64,000 nucleotides of DNA, taken from assembly GCA_026396835.1 (NCBI GenBank), contig JAPLWA010000005.1, positions 7,435 to 71,434 of the forward strand, in the 5' to 3' direction. Of this stretch, positions 1-10,881 are shown piece after piece. Both the position numbers and the translations under genes were made by a program. How positions within the stretch are numbered: position 1 is the first letter of the stretch; the number at the start of each line of letters is the position of its first letter. The DNA comes from Candidatus Falkowbacteria bacterium (lineage in GTDB: Bacteria; Patescibacteriota; Patescibacteriia; Patescibacteriales; Patescibacteriaceae). Below the pieces are notes generated by a model. That model did not search any database. It had not been told where the DNA came from and saw nothing but the letters and a program-made list of their open reading frames with translations.

Positions 1-979
<979 letters not shown>

Positions 980-997
980 TTACAGCCTTTAGCTTGC

Positions 998-1210
998 CTA
1001 GTCAAGTATCTTGCGAATCGCATGGACCTTGTAGGCCACGTAAAATAAGCTGTAAGAAATTAGAAGAATAACCAAGCCAACAAGTAGTTTTAATAAAGCA
1101 TCGGTCCAAACAATTAGCACAGCTAAAATCAACATGATAATACCTGTGACAATGAAGAAACGCTGAATATCGCTTAACTTGCGACGAGACACCTCAAGTA
1201 AATTGGCCAT
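998..1210 (-). CDS. small two-TM membrane protein
   Basis: 70-aa ORF with two hydrophobic stretches, directly upstream of ftsH. Confidence 0.7.
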   Translation of the reverse strand: MANLLEVSRRKLSDIQRFFIVTGIIMLILAVLIVWTDALLKLLVGLVILLISYSLFYVAYKVHAIRKILD

Positions 1211-1302
1211 ATAATATAAATTAAATTCAATTAATGTACTTATACTATAGCAAAATTAATCTCCTTTAACAAACCATAAAAGGTAACTGCCTATAATTTT
1301 AG

Positions 1303-1526
1303 ATTAACTCACCCCTGACCCCTCTCTACCCGCCAGTCGGCGGGCAAAGAGGGGAAATTATAAATAATAGTTTTATTATCTAATAACATTTTGCACTCTT
1401 ATCCACCTGGTGATTGCTCATAATTTATTTTGACACTATTACTAAAAATTTTTTAATATAAAAACTTAATATTAAGATTTCCCCTCTTTACGCGTCAGCG
1501 TAGAGAGGGGCCAGGGGTGAGTTAAT
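1303..1526. repeat. REP/MITE-like element with ~55-bp terminal inverted repeats (copy 1)
   Basis: AACTCACCCCTGACCCCTCTCTAC..AAGAGGGGAAAT ... ATTTCCCCTCTTT..GTAGAGAGGGGCCAGGGGTGAGTT; second copy at 16905-17060. Confidence 0.85.
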
Positions 1527-1530
1527 TTAC

Positions 1531-1564
1531 AAAAAATCACCCACCAAGTTGGCGGGTGATTTTT
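1531..1564 (-). terminator. intrinsic terminator of rpsA
   Basis: AAAAAATCACCCACC-aagtt-GGCGGGTGATTTTT hairpin with T tracts. Confidence 0.75.
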
Positions 1565-1577
1565 ATCAGCATCTAAA

Positions 1578-2822
1578 TTACTCTGTAACTGTTTCTTCTT
1601 TATTATCTTCTTTTACTTCTTCCACAACCTCCTTGCCTTCTGTAGCTTCAGCGGAGGATGATTCTTTCTCATCTTTGTCTTCGCTGGTCTTATCCTTAGA
1701 CTTAGATTTCTTACCAGCTTTTTTATCTTTAGCTTTTCCAGGAATAGCTAAACCAAGACGATGCTCATTGCTATCAAGTGAGATAATAGAAAAGTCCATT
1801 ACTTGACCAGACTTATAGATATCATCAATCTTTTCACCAGTCGTAACGCCTAGTTGGCTAACGTGAGCTAGACCATGAATATCTTTGTCTAATTCAACAA
1901 ATAAACCAAATGGATTTACTTTTAGAATTGTACCTTGGACAGTTTGACCAACAGCATATTTCTTTTCAACACCTTCCCAAGGATCAGCCATGAGTTTTTT
2001 GGCTGACAAGAAAATCTTAGCGCCTTCGATGGCAATAATTTGTGCATTAACCATGTCACCTACTTTATAAACTTCAGATGGATCTTCAATTCTCTGCCAA
2101 GCTAATTCACTAATGTGAATCAAGCCTTCGAGATTGCCGCCGAAGTTAACGAAGACACCAAAGCTAGTAACAGCAATAATGCGGCCTTCAACAGAATCAC
2201 CAACCTTAAACTGAGAAATAACATCTTTCTGTTTTTCTTGCCAAGCATCTTTTTCACTAACAACCAACTTACCTTCTTTTTTGTCAAAAGTAATAATCTT
2301 AACTTCACACTCTGTACCAACTAAAGATTTTAATTTTTCTAAAATCTTTGTTTTATCTCCGCCGGAAACACGAGGATAATTTTCTGGTGATAATTGTGAG
2401 ACTGGCAAGAAAGCAGGAATTTGAGCGTAGCTAACTAACAAACCACCACGGTTGGCCGCATTGATGCGTACCATGATAGGCTTTTTCTTTTCAAATGATT
2501 CTTCCAATAACTGCCAAGTCTTTTCTTCGCCAGCATGACGGAAGGAAAGTTCTAATTCTCCATTTTCATTTTCAACGTCAATAATAGTAGCATCGATTTT
2601 GTCGCCGGGTTTAAGCTTGGCGTATTCACCAGCTTCAAAATATAATTCACGACCGCGGACAACACCAATTAAACGACCACCAATATCAAGACGAACCTCA
2701 GCTTTTGAAGAAGCTAAAATTGTGCCAGTGACAGTATCACCAACCTGAGGAATCTTAAATTCATCATCTTTAATTAAATTTGCAAAATCACTCATGGAAT
2801 TTGCGTTTGTTTTATCTGACAT
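1578..2822 (-). CDS. rpsA: 30S ribosomal protein S1 (four S1 domains, charged tail)
   Basis: Repeated S1 motifs (FGVFVNFGGNLEGLIHISEL, FGLFVELDKDIHGLAHVSQL). Confidence 0.93.
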   Translation of the reverse strand: MSDKTNANSMSDFANLIKDDEFKIPQVGDTVTGTILASSKAEVRLDIGGRLIGVVRGRELYFEAGEYAKLKPGDKIDATIIDVENENGELELSFRHAGEEKTWQLLEESFEKKKPIMVRINAANRGGLLVSYAQIPAFLPVSQLSPENYPRVSGGDKTKILEKLKSLVGTECEVKIITFDKKEGKLVVSEKDAWQEKQKDVISQFKVGDSVEGRIIAVTSFGVFVNFGGNLEGLIHISELAWQRIEDPSEVYKVGDMVNAQIIAIEGAKIFLSAKKLMADPWEGVEKKYAVGQTVQGTILKVNPFGLFVELDKDIHGLAHVSQLGVTTGEKIDDIYKSGQVMDFSIISLDSNEHRLGLAIPGKAKDKKAGKKSKSKDKTSEDKDEKESSSAEATEGKEVVEEVKEDNKEETVTE

Positions 2823-3059
2823 AGATATAAAAAAAGACTGCTTTAACCAACTTGATCTCTAATTGAGAGCTGGTCTTCTAGTCGCCTTAGCTAGAAGTTT
2901 AATTACAGGCGATATTCAGTTACTTTTTAGTACGCTATTTATATCATAAAGCTTAATAAAAATCAAGAGTAGCTGAAAATAAGCGGTACATCTAATGATT
3001 CTAGAAAAAAGTAAAAAGAGCTGTTGAAAATTAATTCAACAGCTCCTAAAATTTTATAA

Positions 3060-3455
3060 CTATTCAAAGCCCATAGATTTTTTCCATTCTATAAACTCTT
3101 TTTGTTTCATTTCCCACTCTACCGCACTTACAAAAACTGGTACATGATTAGGAACAATTTTCCCAGAACTCATATAAGCTACGTCGCCGACTCTTTTAGT
3201 TGTATAATCAATTTTACAAAAATTATAGAAAAGAGCATCTTCACTATAAACCATCGAAAACATAAGAAGTCCGCTACTATTTGGGCAGTATGCTACATCC
3301 GGCAAAAATTCAGTAGATATAATTCTCAGAAAAACTTCACCCTCTTTAACTCCAGGGTAATTTTTACTTCCTTCATTATAGTCGATTGATTTTTGCTCCA
3401 AAGAACAACCGGATAGTAGAACAAGCAACACAAAAATAAATGCTAAATTTTTCAA
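3060..3455 (-). CDS. hypothetical lipoprotein
   Basis: TTG start after AAAGGT; lipobox LLSGC. Confidence 0.7.
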   Translation of the reverse strand: MKNLAFIFVLLVLLSGCSLEQKSIDYNEGSKNYPGVKEGEVFLRIISTEFLPDVAYCPNSSGLLMFSMVYSEDALFYNFCKIDYTTKRVGDVAYMSSGKIVPNHVPVFVSAVEWEMKQKEFIEWKKSMGFE

Positions 3456-3492
3456 TTTAATTACCTTTCTTTAAAATTAATATTTTAGTTTT

Positions 3493-3948
3493 TTAATAGT
3501 GTATTATTTTCTTGCAGATAAGTCTTTCCCCCGCAACCAAACATTCTTTGAAATTTTTTTCCCATTCAGTTGGAGTTGAAAAGACTACTAAGTCATGATC
3601 TTCTAAAGGAACCGTCCTTGAATTGCAGCTATCAAGAGCATAAAGTCGTTTTTTACAATCAACAGTTTTACCGGGTAATGTAGTAGTACCATTTACCTCT
3701 GTAAATGGCTCATCTGTTACTAACCATCCACCCCAGGAATACCAAAAACTACTTGATGTTAATTTTGCAGCTAAGCTACTGTCAGCTTCGTTCTGAATTT
3801 TATGTTCTTGAACCATCGGAGTAAATTTAATTATTGTCAGAGATTGTTCTTCGATAATATTAGATTGATTCCATATGGTATACAAGGAACACGGCAACCC
3901 CACTACCATGAAAATATTCACTAAAATACCTAGGTTTTTAAAGTTCAT
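3493..3948 (-). CDS. hypothetical membrane-anchored protein
   Basis: 151-aa ORF, N-terminal TM helix, GAAGGGG SD. Confidence 0.65.
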   Translation of the reverse strand: MNFKNLGILVNIFMVVGLPCSLYTIWNQSNIIEEQSLTIIKFTPMVQEHKIQNEADSSLAAKLTSSSFWYSWGGWLVTDEPFTEVNGTTTLPGKTVDCKKRLYALDSCNSRTVPLEDHDLVVFSTPTEWEKNFKECLVAGERLICKKIIHY

Positions 3949-4028
3949 TTTTCCCCTTCAAGTTAAGTTTATTATTAAGTAATTTATTAAAACCCTGAAA
4001 CTCAGGAATTCAATAAATTACTTAATAC

Positions 4029-4076
4029 TTTTTAATGAACTTTCTATATTATATCATATATATGATAAATTGTCAA
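4029..4076 (-). promoter_or_regulatory. sigma70 promoter TTGACA-17-TATAAT (extended -10) plus boxA-like GTTCATTAAAAA
   Basis: TTGACA 4076-4071, TGA-TATAAT 4056-4048, GTTCATTAAAAA 4040-4029. Confidence 0.75.
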
Positions 4077-4106
4077 TATATACCCCCCAGAAATGGCTAA
4101 TATAAC

Positions 4107-4139
4107 AAAAAACCCCGCACCATATAGGGCGCGGGGTTT
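4107..4139 (-). terminator. intrinsic terminator
   Basis: AAACCCCGC..GCGGGGTTT hairpin after the thioredoxin-fold gene. Confidence 0.7.
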
Positions 4140-4151
4140 AAAATCTAAACC

Positions 4152-5216
4152 TTAATTGGCTGGCGCGCAATTAGCAGCTGAGCCACTGGTATCAGTTCCT
4201 TCGCCAAAACCGGCTGAAGGAGAGGCGCTAGCTAACTTAGTATCACACTCAGCTGGCTTCTTATTAAAGCCCGCGCAGACGGCTGCTAATAAATTAGCGC
4301 TATCTCGACCAACCTCAACTTGTTTACCGTTAATAACTAGAGTTGGAGAACCTTGAACGCCGTAAGCCTTGTTCTCAGCTTCGTTAATCGAAAACGGAGG
4401 GAAGCTTCCGTTCCAAGTTGATTTATCATTAAAGCTCTTCAATAGATTATATTTAGAGTCAGTTGCCTTAAAACATGAGTCTAGTTTACCTTGATCTATG
4501 CCAGTACTTGAAATGCAACCCTTATAATCACCGGCCTTAAGAAAACATGACAAGTATTTTGTATATTTATCATTCTGTTCCTTACTGATACAGTACTGAC
4601 GAATATTATCTTCAACTTCAACTTGGCCATGCATAGCATAGTTAACAAATTTAATTTGAATATCAGCCTTGTTACCAAGAGTTTCCATAACAGGAACAAT
4701 ACCCTTTTCAATCTGAGTACCATATGGGCAATGACTCATAACAAAGACTTCAACTTTTGGCTTATCTGATTTAACAATATCGGCAGGAGTTACTGGAGTC
4801 TGTGTGTTAGTGGCGGCCGTATCGGTCTTAGTGCCGGTTGATGCAGCAATATCATCGATCTTCATTGACTGTGGGAAAAATTCTTTACCATCCTTTGAGA
4901 TGTAAGAATCAATTTCGTTTGTACCAACTTTAACTTTTAGTTTATACAAACTACCACTATAGTCTGTTACTTCAGTAACAGAAGCAGTTGTACCTTGAAC
5001 AAGATTCTTATTAATAAATTCTTCAGCCTTGGCTTTAGCCTGGTCTGGCGAAAGATTTTTATTAAACTTGAAGATGCCGCCGCCAAAATTAATACCTGCG
5101 ACAACAACTAAAATAACAACCACGGCGCCTAAGGCAATAATTAGGTTTGACTTACCATCAAACTTTTTCTTAAGACTGCCTCCAGCATGGTGGACGACTG
5201 GTGTCTCGTGTTCCAT
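4152..5216 (-). CDS. membrane-anchored thioredoxin/DsbA-fold protein
   Basis: N-terminal TM; FVMSHCPYG (single-Cys variant of CxxC) and GVQGSPTLVING cis-Pro loop. Confidence 0.75.
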   Translation of the reverse strand: MEHETPVVHHAGGSLKKKFDGKSNLIIALGAVVVILVVVAGINFGGGIFKFNKNLSPDQAKAKAEEFINKNLVQGTTASVTEVTDYSGSLYKLKVKVGTNEIDSYISKDGKEFFPQSMKIDDIAASTGTKTDTAATNTQTPVTPADIVKSDKPKVEVFVMSHCPYGTQIEKGIVPVMETLGNKADIQIKFVNYAMHGQVEVEDNIRQYCISKEQNDKYTKYLSCFLKAGDYKGCISSTGIDQGKLDSCFKATDSKYNLLKSFNDKSTWNGSFPPFSINEAENKAYGVQGSPTLVINGKQVEVGRDSANLLAAVCAGFNKKPAECDTKLASASPSAGFGEGTDTSGSAANCAPAN

Positions 5217-5242
5217 ATAAAATAATTAATAATAATTAAAAC

Positions 5243-5349
5243 AATTATAAATTTTAAATTCTAAATTTCAAAACAATTTTTAATGCTTAAATTTAAAAAA
5301 TTGAAAATTAAAGCATTATTTAAAAATTTGAAATTGAAAATTTGAAATT
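5243..5349. repeat. AT-rich 7/8-mer inverted-repeat element (divergent copy)
   Basis: (AAATTTY)n left arm, (RAAATTT)n right arm, inner TAATGCT...AGCATTA stem shared with 10764-10875. Confidence 0.6.
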
Positions 5350-5396
5350 ATTATAGTTTCCCTATTATACGCTAGTTGTATTTTAGGGTCAATTTA

Positions 5397-7922
5397 CTAA
5401 CTCCAGGTTACACAAGCTACGGCGTCCCCCTCCTCTTTAAAGCGCATCAAACGGATACCTTGCGTGTCACGTCCAAGCTCATTAACCGTCTTAAATGGTA
5501 GTCTAATAACCTGTCCTTTATTGGAAATAATAATAATATCTTTGTCAGTCATCATTTCACTACTAATCACGAAGGCGTTAGTTAGCTGTCCGGTTTTATC
5601 GGTTATCTTGGCTGTTTTAATACCAGAACCACCACGAGCCTGAACCTTATAAAGTCCAATTGGAGTTCGCTTTCCAAAGCCGTTAGCCATGACTGAAAGC
5701 ACCTGATATTTTTTAACTTTTTCTTTGTCGCTAGGAATAATTCCCATACCAACTACAGTATCACCCTTCTTTAAACGCATACCCCAAACACCAGAAGCAT
5801 TACGTCCCATTGGTCTAACATCGCTTTCCTTAAAACGAATCGCTTGACCATGTGCTGTAATTAACTGAACTTCATCTTTGCCTGAAGTTGGTTTAGCCCA
5901 AATTAATTTATCATCAGGACGCATTTTAATAGCAATCAAACCAGTGCGTCTAACTTTTGAAAACTCATCTAAAGGAACTTTTTTAACTACACCTTTTTCA
6001 GTGGCGAAGAATAAGAAAGCGCTCTTAGAAATTTTATCTAATGGCAAAACTGAAGTAACTTTTTCATCACTTGGTAATTGCAAGAAGTTAACAATGGCTT
6101 GTCCTTTAGTCGTACGAGATGAAGCAGGAATTTCATAAGCTTTGAGTTGGAAGACACGACCACGAGTCGTAAAGAAAAGAATATCATTATGAGTCATGGT
6201 AGTGAACAAAAATTCAACCATGTCTTCTTCTTTGGTAGTTAAGCCGATAACGCCTTTGCCGCCGCGAGCTTGAACTTTGAAAGTATCAGGTGGCAAGCGC
6301 TTAATATAACCATCGCGGGTCATTAAGACCATTGATTCTTCATTTGGTACTAAATCTTCAGTACTGAATTCGCCGATACCATGCTCCATAACAGTAGTCT
6401 TTCGATCGTCGCCGAATTTTTCAGTTGATTCGGCCAATTCTTTTTTAACAATACTTAAAATCTTAACGCGTGATTTCAAAATGGTTTCTAATTCTTTAAT
6501 CAAGGCTTGTTTTTCTTTTAATTCTTTTTCAATATTTAATCTTTCTAAGTTAGCCAAAGAACCAAGCTTCATTTCTACAATGGCAAAGGCTTGACGATCT
6601 GATAACTTAAACTTTTTCATTAAGTTAAGCTTGGCGGTTTCGCGATCTGGAGAAGCTTTAATAACTTTAATAACCTCATCAATATGAGTCAAAGCAATCA
6701 TTAAACCTTCTAAGATATGAGCGCGATCGCGAGCTTTTTCTAATTCAAATTCTGTGCGGCGTCGGATAATCTCTTCACGATGTTTAATGTATTCCTCTAA
6801 AACCGCCTTAAGGTTAAGTACCTTAGGCTGAATACCATCGACCAAAGCTAGCAAGTTAAGGTGGAAGGTTTCTTGTAATTGAGTTTGCTTATACAAACTA
6901 TTCAAAATCTTTTTAGGGAAGGCGTCTTTCTTTAATTCAATCACAACGCGGACACCGTCTTTGTCAGATTCATCACGCAAATCTCTAATGCCTTCTAATT
7001 TTTTCTCTTTAACTAAATCAGCGATCTTTTCTACTAAAGTTGCTTTGTTAACTTGATATGGCACCTCAGAAATAATAATGGAAAAACTACCGGTTTTAGT
7101 TTCTTCAACTTCGGCTCGGCCGCGCATAACAATGCCGCCCTTGCCAGTTGCATAAGCTCGAATTATTTCAGCGCGATTATAAATAATACCACCGGTTGGG
7201 AAATCTGGTCCTTTAACAAAATTCATTAAATCTTCAACTGTCGCTTCTGGATTTTCAATCAAATGAGAAATAGCGGCGGAAACTTCACGTAAGTTATGTG
7301 GTGGAATATTTGTGGCCATACCAACCGCAATACCCATGCTTCCGTTCAAAAGCAAGTTTGGTAAGCGGGCTGGTAAAACTCTTGGTTCTTGGTGTGAGCC
7401 GTCAAAGTTAGGCAAAAAATCAACTGTCTTTTTATCGATGTCAGAAAGTAGTTCTTCAGAAATTGAAGCTAATTTAGCTTCGGTATAACGCATAGCCGCG
7501 GCGTTGTCACCGTCCATGGAACCAAAGTTTCCTTGGCCCCTTACCAGGGGATAGCGCATAGCAAAATCCTGTGCCATACGAACCATGGAATCATAAACAG
7601 CCGTATCACCGTGAGGGTGATATTTACCAAGCACTTCTCCGACCACTGTAGCCGATTTACGGAACTTAGCATTTGGTCTTAGCCCAATGTTCCACATAGC
7701 ATATAAAATACGGCGGTGGACCGGTTTTAAGCCGTCACGCACATCTGGCAAAGCACGAGCCACAATAACGCTCATGGCATAATCCAAATAAGAGCGACGC
7801 ATTTCGTCGACGATTGGCTGATCTTCAATATGACCAACATTGTTGACCATTGATTCATCAATAATATTTTCTTCTGGCTTGTCTTTTTTAGACGGAAGTT
7901 TTGTTTGCTTGCCTTTGGGCAT
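5397..7922 (-). CDS. gyrA: DNA gyrase subunit A
   Basis: [31 protein letters not shown] catalytic Tyr, GyrA-box QARGGKG. Confidence 0.98.
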   Translation of the reverse strand: MPKGKQTKLPSKKDKPEENIIDESMVNNVGHIEDQPIVDEMRRSYLDYAMSVIVARALPDVRDGLKPVHRRILYAMWNIGLRPNAKFRKSATVVGEVLGKYHPHGDTAVYDSMVRMAQDFAMRYPLVRGQGNFGSMDGDNAAAMRYTEAKLASISEELLSDIDKKTVDFLPNFDGSHQEPRVLPARLPNLLLNGSMGIAVGMATNIPPHNLREVSAAISHLIENPEATVEDLMNFVKGPDFPTGGIIYNRAEIIRAYATGKGGIVMRGRAEVEETKTGSFSIIISEVPYQVNKATLVEKIADLVKEKKLEGIRDLRDESDKDGVRVVIELKKDAFPKKILNSLYKQTQLQETFHLNLLALVDGIQPKVLNLKAVLEEYIKHREEIIRRRTEFELEKARDRAHILEGLMIALTHIDEVIKVIKASPDRETAKLNLMKKFKLSDRQAFAIVEMKLGSLANLERLNIEKELKEKQALIKELETILKSRVKILSIVKKELAESTEKFGDDRKTTVMEHGIGEFSTEDLVPNEESMVLMTRDGYIKRLPPDTFKVQARGGKGVIGLTTKEEDMVEFLFTTMTHNDILFFTTRGRVFQLKAYEIPASSRTTKGQAIVNFLQLPSDEKVTSVLPLDKISKSAFLFFATEKGVVKKVPLDEFSKVRRTGLIAIKMRPDDKLIWAKPTSGKDEVQLITAHGQAIRFKESDVRPMGRNASGVWGMRLKKGDTVVGMGIIPSDKEKVKKYQVLSVMANGFGKRTPIGLYKVQARGGSGIKTAKITDKTGQLTNAFVISSEMMTDKDIIIISNKGQVIRLPFKTVNELGRDTQGIRLMRFKEEGDAVACVTWS

Positions 7923-7933
7923 AAAAATTAAAA

Positions 7934-8470
7934 TTAATTGGGCAAAGTGTTTGGTAAAATTGGGCTAGCCGTACCGGAGACCGTGGCAGGGTTAGCAGTT
8001 GAAGTTGGCACAGCTTCTTTTTGCTTAGCTATCTCCTCTAGGCTATTAATCTGACCTTTAACTTCAGATATTGAATTACTTAAATCATTCTTGAGATTTT
8101 CAAAATCGGCTGTCGTCTCTTTCTTTGTGCCATTAACGCTAGTGATAGAAAATGCGTCTGGCCCTAAGCTACTCTTCAAATTTATAATCCAGAAAACAAC
8201 AATTACAACCATAATCAAACTAACACCGATATACATAATTAAACGCTGACTTCGATCATCAATTTTTTTGGTTTTTTTATCAAGTTCTTCTAACTGAAAA
8301 GGAGAATGACCATGAGCAATAGAGCGACCATGCATCTCACCTGACAATAAAACCGCGCTCTCTTTAGTGACAACATGATCCTTCGATCGTGAAGTTTTTT
8401 TAGAGCGTGGCTTAACCGTTTTTTTAGAAACTTTTTTTACTTTTATTTTTTCAATTTTTTTTCGTGGCAT
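7934..8470 (-). CDS. hypothetical single-TM protein with basic N-terminus
   Basis: 178-aa ORF, Lys-rich start, one TM, coiled region. Confidence 0.7.
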   Translation of the reverse strand: MPRKKIEKIKVKKVSKKTVKPRSKKTSRSKDHVVTKESAVLLSGEMHGRSIAHGHSPFQLEELDKKTKKIDDRSQRLIMYIGVSLIMVVIVVFWIINLKSSLGPDAFSITSVNGTKKETTADFENLKNDLSNSISEVKGQINSLEEIAKQKEAVPTSTANPATVSGTASPILPNTLPN

Positions 8471-8473
8471 ATT

Positions 8474-9121
8474 TTAGAAAGAAAGCACCACTAATTCCAT
8501 ATTATCTTGTGGCAAATCTTTCTTAGAAATTTTTAATTTCTCTTCTTGGCGAGGTTTAATCGCGATTGCCTTCAAAAACTTTTCAACTGCGTCTAAGTCA
8601 AACTTTAAACCAGGCACTTTATAATGCATTGGAATAATAATGCGTGGTTCAATTTGATTAATCACTGAAACAGCTTTCTGAGCATCTAAGGTAAAGTTGC
8701 CGCCAACTGGAATTAACAAAATATCTGTACCCTCTAATCTTTCTAATTGCTTATCATCAAGCTCGGCGCCTAAATCACCCAAATGAGTAACAACAATATC
8801 TTCAATTTCAAAACGGAAAATAATATTTTCGCCGCGCTTAGCTCCTTTTTCATTATCATGATAGGAACTTATGCCATCAATATAAACTCCTTTAGATTCA
8901 TATTCACCAGGACCGCGTAGAACAAATGGTTCACCTTTAATGGCTTCTAAATTATTATGATCATCATGATCATGACTAATCGTCACGATGTCAGCTTCAA
9001 CACGAGGCATTTTTAAACCAGTAAATTCACTTTTGTATGGGTCAGTTACCACAGAAACAATGTCTGAGGCTGTCTTGCCTTGGAGGCGAAAAGCTGAATG
9101 ACCAAGCCAGGTTATTTGCAT
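8474..9121 (-). CDS. MBL-fold metallo-hydrolase
   Basis: ITWLGHSAF, TDPY, ISHDHDDH, HLGD, IPMHY motifs. Confidence 0.9.
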   Translation of the reverse strand: MQITWLGHSAFRLQGKTASDIVSVVTDPYKSEFTGLKMPRVEADIVTISHDHDDHNNLEAIKGEPFVLRGPGEYESKGVYIDGISSYHDNEKGAKRGENIIFRFEIEDIVVTHLGDLGAELDDKQLERLEGTDILLIPVGGNFTLDAQKAVSVINQIEPRIIIPMHYKVPGLKFDLDAVEKFLKAIAIKPRQEEKLKISKKDLPQDNMELVVLSF

Positions 9122-9273
9122 TGAATTAGGTCTTAAAGTTAATGAATATACCTCTTAAATATACGTTAGAATGGCTTATGTGTCAAACAAAAACTACTTG
9201 ATTTTTTCTCTAATTTCTGCTTTATTTATAAATGTGGATTAATACGCTATAATGACTTAGCTTATACTTTTCT

Positions 9274-10761
9274 ATGTACGATAACGAACGAATGCTACAA
9301 GATTTAGAGAACCTACATTCAGGATCAGCGCCTGCGCCACGCCGCAGACGTTTTCTTAAATTTGTCATCGGCATAATTTCTTTTCTAGTTCTGCTATATG
9401 GTTTCTTTTATGTTAAAAGTTATTTTGCTCCGAGCGGAAAAACTACCTGGGTAGATAAGCTACCAATCATCGGCCAGATCAAGCACTTAGCTGAAAGCTC
9501 AGAAAGAGCGCTTAAGGGAGAAAACGTCGATAGAATAAATATTCTCTTGCTCGGCATCGGAGGCAAAGGGCATGACGGAGCTCAGCTAACCGACACCATT
9601 ATGGTTGGCAGTATTAAGCCATCAACTAAACAGGTTTCTTTATTATCAATACCACGTGACTTGGCCGTACCAATCGAAGGTTCTGGCTGGAGGAAAGTAA
9701 ATAGCGTTAATGCTTTAGCTGAAGGCAGTGAACCTGGCAGCGGTGGCCTAGCTTCGTCTCAAGCAATTGGTGATTTACTACAAGCGCCAATTGATTATTA
9801 TGTTCGCGTTGACTTTGAAGGATTTGAAAAAATAATTGATCAAGTTGGCGGCGTTGATGTTTACGTGGATAATACTCTAGATGATTATGCTTATCCAATT
9901 TTAGGCCAAGAAGACAATCCAGATTATTATAGTAGATATGAACACTTACATATTGATACAGGCTGGCAAAAAATGGACGGAAAGATGGCTTTGAAATATG
10001 CTCGCTCACGTCATGGTGTTGGCGGCGAAGGAACTGACTTTGCTCGTGCCAAAAGACAACAGAAAATATTAGAAGCTGTAAAAGACAAAGTTATATCAGC
10101 TAATTTCTTACTGAATCCATCAAAAGTTTCAAGCATGATTGATACTTTGAAAGACAATATTTCAACCAACTTAAAAGTTTGGGAAATTATTAAACTTTGG
10201 TCATTTGTTAAAGATGTTAAATCAGACAGTATAATTAATAAGGTACTTGATAATAGCCCAAGTGGTTTATTAATTGATGCTCGCGGCGACAATGGCGCCT
10301 ACATATTAAATCCTCGCAGCGGCGACTTTTCAGAAATTCAATATTTATTTAATAGCATCTTTGGCGAAGTCAGCACTAGCAACGAACAAGCTGCAGCAGC
10401 CAGCAAGCTCAAAACCGAGATCACCATCTCAATTCTTAATGGTACTTGGGTAAATGGCCTTGGTAGCCGCAAAGCAGTTGAGCTTGAAAGGCTCGGCGCC
10501 AATGTATTAGAAATCAGCAATTCCAGCCGACACAACTTTGAACGTTCTGTAATCTATGATTTAACCTTTGGCGCTAAACGAGAAGAATTAGAGCTCTTAA
10601 AAGAGAAAACCGGGGCAAATATTGCTCCAACCCTGCCGGACTGGCTAAAAGAAGAATTAGCTGCTAAGGTTGGTCAATCTCCTCGCCCTCAACCAGACTT
10701 TATCTTAGTCTTAGGAACCGACGCTGATACCAGCTCATCAGGCACAGAGAACACTAACTAG
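9274..10761 (+). CDS. LCP (LytR-CpsA-Psr) family protein with C-terminal LytR_C-like domain
   Basis: NILLLGIGG, TDTIM, SIPRDL, ALKYARSRH, DFARAKRQQ; C-terminal ILNGTWVNGLG. Confidence 0.92.
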   Translation: MYDNERMLQDLENLHSGSAPAPRRRRFLKFVIGIISFLVLLYGFFYVKSYFAPSGKTTWVDKLPIIGQIKHLAESSERALKGENVDRINILLLGIGGKGHDGAQLTDTIMVGSIKPSTKQVSLLSIPRDLAVPIEGSGWRKVNSVNALAEGSEPGSGGLASSQAIGDLLQAPIDYYVRVDFEGFEKIIDQVGGVDVYVDNTLDDYAYPILGQEDNPDYYSRYEHLHIDTGWQKMDGKMALKYARSRHGVGGEGTDFARAKRQQKILEAVKDKVISANFLLNPSKVSSMIDTLKDNISTNLKVWEIIKLWSFVKDVKSDSIINKVLDNSPSGLLIDARGDNGAYILNPRSGDFSEIQYLFNSIFGEVSTSNEQAAAASKLKTEITISILNGTWVNGLGSRKAVELERLGANVLEISNSSRHNFERSVIYDLTFGAKREELELLKEKTGANIAPTLPDWLKEELAAKVGQSPRPQPDFILVLGTDADTSSSGTENTN

Positions 10762-10763
10762 AA

Positions 10764-10875
10764 AATTTTATAATTTTTAATTTTGTAATTTTATAATTAA
10801 TGCTAAAATTTTATATTTTTTGAATTAGAGCATTAAAAATTAATTAAAAATTAAAAATTACAAAATTATAAAATT
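10764..10875. repeat. AT-rich inverted-repeat element (copy A)
   Basis: Terminal IR AATTTTATAATTTT; near-identical copy at 18177-18286. Confidence 0.8.
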
Positions 10876-10881
10876 AAACAT

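Noticed and set aside
1399..1407. Replication origin from DnaA-box-like TTATCCACC
   Set aside because: Single imperfect box, no cluster and no dnaA nearby.
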